Shown: piece by piece, positions 8,659 to 15,672 of the stretch
Layout of the letters: the number at the start of each line of letters is the position of its first letter
How positions within the stretch are numbered: the first letter of the stretch is position 1
DNA from: an uncultured virus (IMG/VR IMGVR_UViG_3300029305_001816)
Lineage: Duplodnaviria > Heunggongvirae > Uroviricota > Caudoviricetes
IMG/VR virus record: IMGVR_UViG_3300029305_001816
Coordinates: 52,739-72,738 of that record
Reading direction: 5' to 3' (one strand)
DNA: 20,000 nt
The notes under the pieces: generated by a model
Told to the model about the DNA's origin: nothing
What the model saw: only the letters and a program-made list of their open reading frames with translations
Database searches by the model: none
Position numbers and translations under genes: made by a program

Positions 8659-8726
8659 ACCCTTTTAAGTGCCTTTGGTATGGATATAGTTTTAGCCCTG
8701 TAGAACATTCTACAGGGCTATTTTTT
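8659..8726 (+). ncRNA. Candidate ~68-nt small RNA
   Basis: Bounded by the 8624-8652 promoter and the 8693-8726 terminator, with no RBS-led ORF between them. Confidence 0.5.
8693..8726 (+). terminator. Rho-independent terminator
   Basis: TAGCCCTGTAGA-acat-TCTACAGGGCTA-TTTTTT. Confidence 0.9.
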
Positions 8727-8797
8727 ACTATGACACTGGATGTACGAGCAGCCATGATGTCTAGTACTAGCTTATCCAGCGATTTAAATTTTATACA

Positions 8798-9061
8798 TTA
8801 ATCTACTGTCATTGTAAGCGCATTAAGATTTGCTCCGAAATGATACTTAATAAATTCACCGATTTCATCGATAGCAACATTTTCATTCGCAATCTGTTCG
8901 GCGTAATCAACAAACTTTAGACCATAGATTCCATAACATCTTGCCTTGTCAGCCATTGCAATAGGGTTCTTACAAACGACAGTCATATTGTTTTCTTTGG
9001 CTGCTACAAGCATTTTTCTTGTTTTGCCAGTACTATTTTTGTCAACAATGTATCCATTCAT
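8798..9061 (-). CDS. Very small protein with P-loop-like motifs
   Basis: 87 aa containing STGKT (Walker A-like) and VAIDE (Walker B-like); GAGGT RBS. Confidence 0.55.
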   Translation of the reverse strand: MNGYIVDKNSTGKTRKMLVAAKENNMTVVCKNPIAMADKARCYGIYGLKFVDYAEQIANENVAIDEIGEFIKYHFGANLNALTMTVD

Positions 9062-9159
9062 TTTCTTACCTCTTTATTAATTAGTCATTTAATGTATATA
9101 TTTATATGCATTAAGCGTAATTTTGTATATAATAATATACATTATAACTTTATTACTTG

Positions 9160-9432
9160 TTAATCACATAAGTTCTCTTCAAGTTCTTTTATCCTTCTGT
9201 CAATATACCATCTGGCTTTTTTGAGGTCATTAATTGCCTTTTCTTTATCGCTTTTATCAGCAGAATGTTTTTTGCCAGCTCTTGACACATACTTAATTAC
9301 ATTTCCGAGACAAAATCCCAAATTTTTATCCTCTATGTAATCTATTACTTCTATATTTGTGTCAGTATAGTGCTTAGGATTTTGAACATCGTCGTAAGTC
9401 GAATAAACTTTTTCAATAGCAATATCGCCCAT
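9160..9432 (-). CDS. DUF3310 family protein
   Basis: V.NPKHY...IEVIDYI...FCLGNVIKYVSRAGKK...DLKKARWY signature. Confidence 0.85.
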   Translation of the reverse strand: MGDIAIEKVYSTYDDVQNPKHYTDTNIEVIDYIEDKNLGFCLGNVIKYVSRAGKKHSADKSDKEKAINDLKKARWYIDRRIKELEENLCD

Positions 9433-9444
9433 ATTTACACATCC

Positions 9445-9642
9445 TTACAGTACATATAATCTAATGCATCCAGATTCTAGTTCAATCATTGTAACGTCTA
9501 ATTCTTTCATCTCATAAGGAAAGTTAAAATAAAAATTACCATAAAGTTCTTGGTTAGAACAGGCGCTAGTCAAAATTGTATACTTAGAATCGCCATCTTT
9601 AATATGAGACATTAGTTCTTTGACTGTTGTTAGAGTAGCCAT
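9445..9642 (-). CDS. Hypothetical protein
   Basis: 65 aa; its start overlaps the previous stop; GAGGAG RBS. Confidence 0.6.
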   Translation of the reverse strand: MATLTTVKELMSHIKDGDSKYTILTSACSNQELYGNFYFNFPYEMKELDVTMIELESGCIRLYVL

Positions 9643-10211
9643 TAGATACTCTCCTCTCCCAGAACCAATTCCTTAAAGTAAGGCAGTTGTTCAATCTGAG
9701 TGCAGAATTCACGCCATTCAGGAAGTCTGTGTGTTCTCCTCTGATAGTAAATTGTCTTAAGCTGTCTATAATTAGTTGTCATGGCGGCAGTCAGTTTGAA
9801 ACCACAAGGATTGGAATAAAGTAGTCTAAGATAATCTTCTTTATCTTTTGTTTCATTGTACTTATCCTTAAGCTCGTTCATTATCTCAATCATTCGTGGG
9901 TCAACATATTCGATATACTGATTACTTAAATCAAACTGACTAATTCTATGCATTGTAGACTGACTAGAAATGAAATCAAAGAAGTGATATCTTTCAGCTT
10001 CTGTCCATGCCTTTACTGTAAAAGTTAAATCGAATTGAACAATGATACCCGTAAGAAATTGGTCGTGAGCTGCACCAACAGGACTATTACCAAGCTTCTT
10101 TGTAGTCTTTGTAATTTCTGAATTCAGTGAAGTCACATCTGTAGCCATGGGAAATTTGCTTCCTCTGATTGCGTTCTCAAGTCCATAAACATGAATATTT
10201 TCAATTACCAT
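9642..10211 (-). CDS. Divergent ThyX/Thy1-like protein
   Basis: H..FL...VQFD...ERYH...SSQSTMHR...NYRQL..IY.QR..HRLPEW pattern resembles the ThyX fold; the canonical RHR-x7-S motif is altered. Confidence 0.55.
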   Translation of the reverse strand: MVIENIHVYGLENAIRGSKFPMATDVTSLNSEITKTTKKLGNSPVGAAHDQFLTGIIVQFDLTFTVKAWTEAERYHFFDFISSQSTMHRISQFDLSNQYIEYVDPRMIEIMNELKDKYNETKDKEDYLRLLYSNPCGFKLTAAMTTNYRQLKTIYYQRRTHRLPEWREFCTQIEQLPYFKELVLGEESI

Positions 10212-10232
10212 TTTACTCGTCTCCTTTAATGT

Positions 10233-10274
10233 TGGGGAACTTTATTGTCTTATTCAATGTAATAAAGTTCCCCA
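10233..10274. other. Intergenic hairpin
   Basis: TGGGGAACTTTATT-14 nt-AATAAAGTTCCCCA, a perfect 14-bp stem with no clear U-tract. Confidence 0.7.
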
Positions 10275-10281
10275 TATAACC

Positions 10282-10785
10282 TTAATAATCTATCGCTTCA
10301 AAAGGGATAAATGTAGAATAATAATTATTACTAACAATTACTTCATACTGTTCATCGCACTGTTCATCGCATTCATATCTATTAACTCCGACATATAAGT
10401 TGCCACATTCAGTTTCCCAATGATATTCATTTTTGTTCTTTCTAAAATATTCAATACCACGTTTAATATCATTTTTTATTTCTTCATTATTGCATCTATC
10501 AACAGCGCCGTTTTCCTTGCAAGTATGCCAGAAATGAGTAGGAAATTCTACGTTGTCGGCAGTTAAAGCAACACTATTCTCATTATCGTCAAGATAGTTA
10601 ACGCATCCGCATAAAGGACAGGTAATGGTTGCGCAGCCAAAAGCGCCCACTTCTAAGTCAGACTTTTCGTATTCAATTTCTGAATCGCATCCATCACAAA
10701 TAAGAATACGAGGATAGGGTTTTACATTCTTGACTTCTTTAACCACTTCTTCCTCATAATTATAATTATTCTTTAAAACTTTCAT
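10282..10785 (-). CDS. Hypothetical protein with Zn-ribbon
   Basis: CDGC...CPLC; GAGGT RBS; contains an in-frame 12-bp duplication at 10347-10370 (CDEQ x2). Confidence 0.7.
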   Translation of the reverse strand: MKVLKNNYNYEEEVVKEVKNVKPYPRILICDGCDSEIEYEKSDLEVGAFGCATITCPLCGCVNYLDDNENSVALTADNVEFPTHFWHTCKENGAVDRCNNEEIKNDIKRGIEYFRKNKNEYHWETECGNLYVGVNRYECDEQCDEQYEVIVSNNYYSTFIPFEAIDY

Positions 10786-10797
10786 ATTTTTACCTCT

Positions 10798-11148
10798 TTA
10801 ACATTTATCCCAAGTTTCATAATGGTTTGGTTTCATTTTTTCAAAAAATTCATCCATAAATTCCTCAACTTTTCCTAGCGTCCAACTAGAAAAGAAATGA
10901 AGATTTATCGGCCTCTCGTCTTCTCCCATTTCCACTTGCACCTCGTACTCATAAGAAAAAGGCTCATACCATTTACCTCTGTGAGACATTGGAATGAATT
11001 CATTTGACCACTTTACTACATCAATAAAGTATCGCTTTCCGATGCTATCATCAAAGCGCTTTTGAAATCTTGTAACAATATGTTCGCTATCAAGTGGAGT
11101 TGGAGAATATTCTTTATATCCACGCTCTAAAATATATTCGTCAGTCAT
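10798..11148 (-). CDS. Hypothetical protein
   Basis: 116 aa; ATGA overlap with the upstream gene; AAGGAG RBS. Confidence 0.7.
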   Translation of the reverse strand: MTDEYILERGYKEYSPTPLDSEHIVTRFQKRFDDSIGKRYFIDVVKWSNEFIPMSHRGKWYEPFSYEYEVQVEMGEDERPINLHFFSSWTLGKVEEFMDEFFEKMKPNHYETWDKC

Positions 11149-11702
11149 TTTTGTTCTCCTTTACAAAAACGTTCATAGCCGTAATCGGCAGGATTCAGAC
11201 CGTTTTCAATCATTGTATCGACTAACTGTTGCCGATAATATTCGTGCATCTTAAGATGGATTCCATCTACGGTTGCTTTTCTACCCTTTTCTTTTACTCT
11301 GATTGCAAGCTTTCTATAAGGCTCTTCATTCCACCCGTTAAAAGTCACTTCTTTAACTGCTTCATCTATGTCAAATTCAATCTTCTTACGCTTACAACGA
11401 TTGTAGATTTTAAGCAATTCTTTAAGGCAGAATTCAAGACTTTCTCGTTCTTCTCTATCTACAAAGGATTCAGAAGTAATATGTATACTTGCTTTACGCT
11501 CTGCATTGTCATGCCAAGATGTAGCGATAAGATGTGGGTAATAAGGAATCAAATCTTTATTACATTTAATGTCAAGTTTCTTTTGGTTCTCTCCGAAGCC
11601 CATATAAATATTCACATTGTTTGCCAGTTCTTCATCTGTGTATCTTTGTATTGCTACAAGAGAATCGTATACGTCACATTTTCCAGACCATTTACTACAC
11701 AT
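11145..11702 (-). CDS. Hypothetical protein
   Basis: 185-aa ORF in the co-directional operon. Confidence 0.7.
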   Translation of the reverse strand: MCSKWSGKCDVYDSLVAIQRYTDEELANNVNIYMGFGENQKKLDIKCNKDLIPYYPHLIATSWHDNAERKASIHITSESFVDREERESLEFCLKELLKIYNRCKRKKIEFDIDEAVKEVTFNGWNEEPYRKLAIRVKEKGRKATVDGIHLKMHEYYRQQLVDTMIENGLNPADYGYERFCKGEQK

Positions 11703-11716
11703 ATAAACTCACATCC

Positions 11717-12001
11717 TTACTTATTATTTTGCCAAGCTACCATAGCATTGTTGCAAAGCTCAATTTCATTATTCATAATTCTTCTTCTCTGTTCAAAATT
11801 ATCCCAAATAGATTCGGGTCTAATCATTTTAATTTTAATTGGTCTTTGGTCTCTTTGAATTTGTTGTGCGGTTTGAAGAAAGTTTGCAATTATCATTTCT
11901 TTTGGCGCTTCCATTTGTTGCCTATTAGTTAATTTGTCTTCTATATAGACTTCGAAAATTACTTGATACGATTCAAACATACCTCCAAAATTTACGAACA
12001 T
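11717..12001 (-). CDS. Hypothetical protein
   Basis: 94 aa with a GAGGGTG RBS. Confidence 0.7.
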   Translation of the reverse strand: MFVNFGGMFESYQVIFEVYIEDKLTNRQQMEAPKEMIIANFLQTAQQIQRDQRPIKIKMIRPESIWDNFEQRRRIMNNEIELCNNAMVAWQNNK

Positions 12002-12033
12002 AATATCACCCTCTTAAATTTGGATTTAGTTTT

Positions 12034-12089
12034 AAAGCGTAGTATATAGAATTTTAATTTGATTCACTATATACTACGCTTTGTTTTTT
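12034..12089. terminator. 16-bp inverted repeat, terminator-like or RNA-stabilising hairpin
   Basis: AAAGCGTAGTATATAG-17 nt-CTATATACTACGCTTT. The T-run is on the + strand side, opposite to the local genes. Confidence 0.5.
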
Positions 12090-12111
12090 ACTCTATATAT
12101 AATTTTATTTA

Positions 12112-12753
12112 TTAATGAATAAGTCTATTGGGATTTGACAGACAATTGTAATCGTCGCAATGAGCACAATCGTATTCTTCCTCAAATTCTTCCTCAAAAG
12201 GCTCGTCAAATTCACATTCTTCATCGCAAGGACAATCCTCACAATCTGCACAACCATAAGGACAATCATTCACTAGACTAGCTCTATACAGTTCTTCCTG
12301 AAGTCTGTAACCCTCAAGCTCCCAAATCTTATCTGCAATCTTATCAAAACAGATTTCAGCACCAGTATCTTCATCGTAATTCTCAGGGCTTACACAAGCA
12401 GAAGATTCAGTAATGACGAAACCATTAGGCAGTCTGCAAGAAACAATGGTACACTTGTCGAATACGGTATGGATTTCAAAATCGGAATTCTCCATAATTT
12501 CTGCAATGTATTCTTCTGTGATAGTAGGAGCGATTACGATATTAGGTTCTGGCTGAATCTTCTTAAAATGCTCATTGCAAGTATTGATGTCTACACAAGC
12601 CGTCTTCTTAAAATTATCTCCTTCGCTAAGCAGTGAAATCATGTTGGTTTCATTATTTACATCGGTAACTTCTACGATTTCACCCTCTTCAAAGAATCTA
12701 CTCAGACTCTTTGTTACAATCAACTTATCGCCTTTATTAAAATTATTAGACAT
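12112..12753 (-). CDS. Gp49-family (N4 gp49 / Sf6 gp66-like) protein with Cys/acidic-rich tail
   Basis: T.V...LPNGFVITESSACVSPENYD...G..IC...IWELEGY.LQ signature; the C-terminus is rich in C, D and E. Confidence 0.8.
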   Translation of the reverse strand: MSNNFNKGDKLIVTKSLSRFFEEGEIVEVTDVNNETNMISLLSEGDNFKKTACVDINTCNEHFKKIQPEPNIVIAPTITEEYIAEIMENSDFEIHTVFDKCTIVSCRLPNGFVITESSACVSPENYDEDTGAEICFDKIADKIWELEGYRLQEELYRASLVNDCPYGCADCEDCPCDEECEFDEPFEEEFEEEYDCAHCDDYNCLSNPNRLIH

Positions 12754-12815
12754 ATTAAGTTCTCACTTTCTTTTAGTTTTTGGTTGGTATTTTGGTTTTC
12801 ACTTATAAAGTGAAG

Positions 12816-12900
12816 TGGTACAAGCGATGAGATTTGAACTCACAAGGATTTCTCCGCTGCATTTTGAGTGCAGTGCGTTTACCAGTTTCGCCACGCTTGC
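12816..12900 (-). tRNA. tRNA-Leu(CAA)
   Basis: GCAAGCG/CGCTTGT acceptor, CTGCA-CTCAAAA-TGCAG anticodon arm, long variable arm, encoded CCA. Confidence 0.95.
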
Positions 12901-12994
12901 ATATGTGGCAGATTCAGATAGGGAAATTTAATCAATATAGGCAACGTCATTAACATTACCTATACAACCTCTTATCTGCCATGAGGTTTGATAA

Positions 12995-13086
12995 TGGCGG
13001 AAGCGGAGAATTTCGAAATCTCACACGACTTTCGCCGCTACTGCTGGTTTTCAAGACCAGTCCCTTGCCTTTAGGGTTACGCTTCC
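12995..13086 (-). tRNA. tRNA-Ser(TGA)
   Basis: GGAAGCG/CGCTTCC-GCCA, CTGGT-CTTGAAA-ACCAG, long variable arm. Confidence 0.95.
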
Positions 13087-13117
13087 GTATGAAGCTAGGA
13101 GTATTCCTAGCTATTAT

Positions 13118-13792
13118 TCAATTCATATACAGTTCATAGTAACTTTGATTTGCTTTTGGTTTTAAATTTGGATACTTTAAATATTTTTCGATAAAGACGA
13201 TTGTATTTTCTAATCCATATTTTCTTATATATTTATTAATTATATTTTTACCAAGACCAAGAATTTTTGACCAGTCTCTCCCAGAGTGAACTTCTCCGTT
13301 TACGTTGATTAAAGAAGTAGCAGATGTATATTTTGAATTAAATTCTTTAGTGACCCACCTACAATTTTCAGGACAATAATTTAATTTCGGGTTTTCTCTA
13401 TCGATTGTTAATGAATCGTCATATCCATTCTGTAAAGCCCACTCTTCAAACATTTTTGGATTATCCATCCATTCATCACAAACTTTGATGCCCTTAGCAC
13501 CATACCATCTGTAATTTTTGTCTTTTTCATTATAGCAACGTTGCTTCATGCCGTTAAAAATTACTTTAATACGTTCATTATCCCAGTTTGTTAAATTAGA
13601 TATCACTTTGCCATCTATTCGTACATGCACACATTTTGTACTTACCTTCAAATCATAATATCTTGCTATTCTTTTAAATCCACAATCATTACAGATACCC
13701 TTATACAACGCATGACCGTCTTCATCTTTGTATGGCATTAATTCGGTTATCGTAAATATACCAGCGGTTTCTCCTATGTGATTTTTGCTCAT
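13118..13792 (-). CDS. Free-standing HNH-type (homing) endonuclease
   Basis: MKQRCYN....NY.WYG.KGIKVCDEW...F..W...GY...LTIDR......Y.PENCRW motif, plus an N-terminal CxxC. Confidence 0.8.
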   Translation of the reverse strand: MSKNHIGETAGIFTITELMPYKDEDGHALYKGICNDCGFKRIARYYDLKVSTKCVHVRIDGKVISNLTNWDNERIKVIFNGMKQRCYNEKDKNYRWYGAKGIKVCDEWMDNPKMFEEWALQNGYDDSLTIDRENPKLNYCPENCRWVTKEFNSKYTSATSLINVNGEVHSGRDWSKILGLGKNIINKYIRKYGLENTIVFIEKYLKYPNLKPKANQSYYELYMN

Positions 13793-13822
13793 ATTACATC
13801 ATCTCTGTTGCTTAAAATATGT

Positions 13823-13896
13823 TGGAGCTTCCAGTCAGAATCGAACTGACAACTAGAAATTACAAGTTTCTTATTTTACCATTAAACTATGGAAGC
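13823..13896 (-). tRNA. tRNA-Thr(TGT)
   Basis: GCTTCCA/TGGAAGC-TCCA, AGAAA-CTTGTAA-TTTCT, TTCGATT T-loop. Confidence 0.95.
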
Positions 13897-13900
13897 ATAT

Positions 13901-13991
13901 TGGCGGAGGCGGAGAAATTCGAATTCTCGCATCAGTTTCCCGACCTATTCCCTTAGCAGGGGAACCCCTTAAGCCACTTGGGTACGCCTCC
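13901..13991 (-). tRNA. tRNA-Ser(GCT)
   Basis: GGAGGCG/CGCCTCC-GCCA, TTCCC-CTGCTAA-GGGAA, long variable arm. Confidence 0.95.
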
Positions 13992-14040
13992 GTATTCGCC
14001 TAGTTAGTCAACAGTAATCGACTAGCTAGACTTTATTAAA

Positions 14041-14178
14041 TTAACCTTCTGATTCTAGCTTACGCAGCTTGCGTTTCAGTTTACGAATGATATTACCGTT
14101 CATAACTGGGTCTTTTACGGTCAGAAGATGAATTCTATTCTTGAGTAGAGCAATATTAGTTTCATTTGTATTTGTCAT
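14041..14178 (-). CDS. Small basic protein, 45 aa (absent from the ORF track)
   Basis: GGAGGT RBS; MTNTNETNIALLKNRIHLLTVKDPVMNGNIIRKLKRKLRKLESEG. Confidence 0.7.
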   Translation of the reverse strand: MTNTNETNIALLKNRIHLLTVKDPVMNGNIIRKLKRKLRKLESEG

Positions 14179-14356
14179 AATTTACCTCCAAATAATTTGA
14201 TTGTGCAGTTCCCGTTTAATTATCACATCGTTAGCGAATTGATTAAACCGCTACCAGTACAACAGCATCAATTAACCACGCAGTTTTCAACGAGCATTGT
14301 CAATTTCTCTGAGGTGTCCTGCTCTCGCTCAGTTTATTCGGGCGCTACCCGACCTC

Positions 14357-14431
14357 TGGCTGTCCCGACTGGATTTGAACCAGTGAATGTCAGAGTCAAA
14401 GTCTGATGCCTTACCGCTTGGCTACGGGACA
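14357..14431 (-). tRNA. tRNA-Gln(TTG)
   Basis: TGTCCCG/CGGGACA-GCCA, TCAGA-CTTTGAC-TCTGA. Confidence 0.95.
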
Positions 14432-14558
14432 ATATTTATTATTTACTGGCTGTTACAGTGCGCCCAAAGGTGGACACGCTACGAATTCCACGCATATGAT
14501 TAACTTCTGTCTCTACAAGTGTTAATCGACTCAGCCGCTTTCTATGTGTCGGCACACA

Positions 14559-14637
14559 TGGCACACCGTATTGGACTTGAACCAATGACCTACTGCTTAG
14601 AAGGCAGTTGCTACATATCCAACTGAGCTAACGGTGC
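14559..14637 (-). tRNA. tRNA-Arg(TCT)
   Basis: GCACCGT/ACGGTGT-GCCA, ACTGC-CTTCTAA-GCAGT; slightly enlarged D-loop. Confidence 0.93.
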
Positions 14638-14642
14638 ATGTT

Positions 14643-14867
14643 TTAATCTTTAACTTCCCAAGGAATTATCTTATCGAAATCTAGCGGATTCTTAGAAGTT
14701 GAGATTCTTTCAAATCCACCACCTTCATCTTCAAGGCACTTCCAAAGAGTGAATTGTTCTTTTAAAGGATTCTGAGTAATAAGATATTTACCATTCATAC
14801 AATCTACCCCTGTACCGTTTTCGGTACTTGGAATAGATTTTACGATTTTAGAGGATGTTCTTGCCAT
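14643..14867 (-). CDS. Hypothetical protein
   Basis: 74-aa ORF between the HPr-like gene and tRNA-Arg. Confidence 0.6.
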   Translation of the reverse strand: MARTSSKIVKSIPSTENGTGVDCMNGKYLITQNPLKEQFTLWKCLEDEGGGFERISTSKNPLDFDKIIPWEVKD

Positions 14868-14876
14868 AATTCTTTT

Positions 14877-15119
14877 TTAAAGAGTGTTAGGATTTTCACG
14901 GAAGAACTTCAAGAATCTTTCTTCGTCTTCTCTCAAGGCACAGAACAATTCAAGATTCTCACCTTCAATGCTGATTAGAGCGGAGATTGCAATGTACTGG
15001 GAGAGCTTAGACTTGAGATTAATTTTGTCGCCTTCAGGGGATTCCAGCCAAACAGCACCACGACATTCATCTGCTGTCTTAAGGAATTCGTTTACTTCCT
15101 TGATGTTTGCAAGCTTCAT
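14877..15119 (-). CDS. HPr/Crh-like small protein (no His15, Ser46-type NLKS motif kept)
   Basis: FLKTADECRGAVWLESPEGDKINLKS aligns by eye with Firmicute HPr [31 protein letters not shown] RBS. Confidence 0.6.
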   Translation of the reverse strand: MKLANIKEVNEFLKTADECRGAVWLESPEGDKINLKSKLSQYIAISALISIEGENLELFCALREDEERFLKFFRENPNTL

Positions 15120-15164
15120 ATTTTGTTACTCCTTTTTTTATTTGTGTTTTATTTTGTTTTTTGT

Positions 15165-15240
15165 TGGAGCGGTATATCGGACTTGAACCGACGACATCCT
15201 GCTTGGAAGGCAGGTGTTCTACCAACTGAACTAATACCGC
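15165..15240 (-). tRNA. tRNA-Gly(TCC)
   Basis: GCGGTAT/ATACCGC-TCCA, CCTGC-CTTCCAA-GCAGG. Confidence 0.95.
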
Positions 15241-15243
15241 ATA

Positions 15244-15317
15244 TGGTGGAAAATGTCGGTGCTGCCCCGCTACTCCTCGCCCCAAACGAGGTGTGTTACT
15301 GTTACACTACATTCTCC
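15244..15317 (-). tRNA. Atypical tRNA-Pro(TGG)
   Basis: CCTCG-TTTGGGG-CGAGG anticodon arm, 8-bp acceptor GGAGAATG/CATTTTCC-ACCA, T-loop GGCAGCA, D-loop without GG. Confidence 0.8.
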
Positions 15318-15320
15318 AAG

Positions 15321-15405
15321 TGGTACAAACAATGAGACTTGAACTCATACGCCTTTCGGCACAAGGGTCTAAACCTTGCGTGTCTACCTATTCCACCATG
15401 TTTGC
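15321..15405 (-). tRNA. tRNA-Leu(TAG)
   Basis: GCAAACA/TGTTTGT-ACCA, CAAGG-TTTAGAC-CCTTG, long variable arm. Confidence 0.95.
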
Positions 15406-15410
15406 ATATT

Positions 15411-15485
15411 TGGTGGTTCCGCACAGTCCTGACCTGTGACCGCCTCGGTTATGAGCCGAGTGTACTTCCATTATACGACGGAACC
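15411..15485 (-). tRNA. tRNA-CAT (Ile2 or elongator Met), atypical T-loop
   Basis: GGTTCCG/CGGAACC-ACCA, CTCGG-CTCATAA-CCGAG, T-loop GTCAGGA. Not an initiator (1:72 paired, no GGG/CCC stem). Confidence 0.85.
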
Positions 15486-15488
15486 ATT

Positions 15489-15581
15489 TGGTAGGGGTGG
15501 AGGGTAACGCTCCCTACACACGGCACTAATCTGGTGCGCTCTGGTTTATAAGACCAGCGATGCTCTTTACATTACACCCCC
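15489..15581 (-). tRNA. Atypical long-variable-arm tRNA with TAT (Ile-AUA-reading) anticodon
   Basis: GGGGGTG/CACCCCT-ACCA, CTGGT-CTTATAA-ACCAG, ~24-nt variable region with GCAC/GTGC stem, T-loop AGCGTTA. Confidence 0.8.
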
Positions 15582-15672
15582 ATATATCGTGTCAACTCAA
15601 AACCTCATTAGTTGACTTTTGCTGACCACAAACTTTTCAGCTTTCCATTTTTATTATGTATAAATTTATTAG

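Noticed and set aside
9062..9159. AT-rich palindromes as a possible origin
   Set aside because: Short TA-rich inverted repeats are expected at this composition, and no iterons or initiator gene were seen.
13118..13792. Group I intron hosting the HNH genes
   Set aside because: The flanking tRNAs are intact and the flanks are too short for an intron core, so the genes are treated as free-standing.
14311..14356. Theta (HDV-like) ribozymes in tRNA 3' trailers (also checked 16431-16505 and 14447-14558)
   Set aside because: Two trailers start with G right after CCA, but I could not fit the nested P1-P2-P3/L3-P1.1 topology or a catalytic J4/2. They are kept only as unassigned structured elements.
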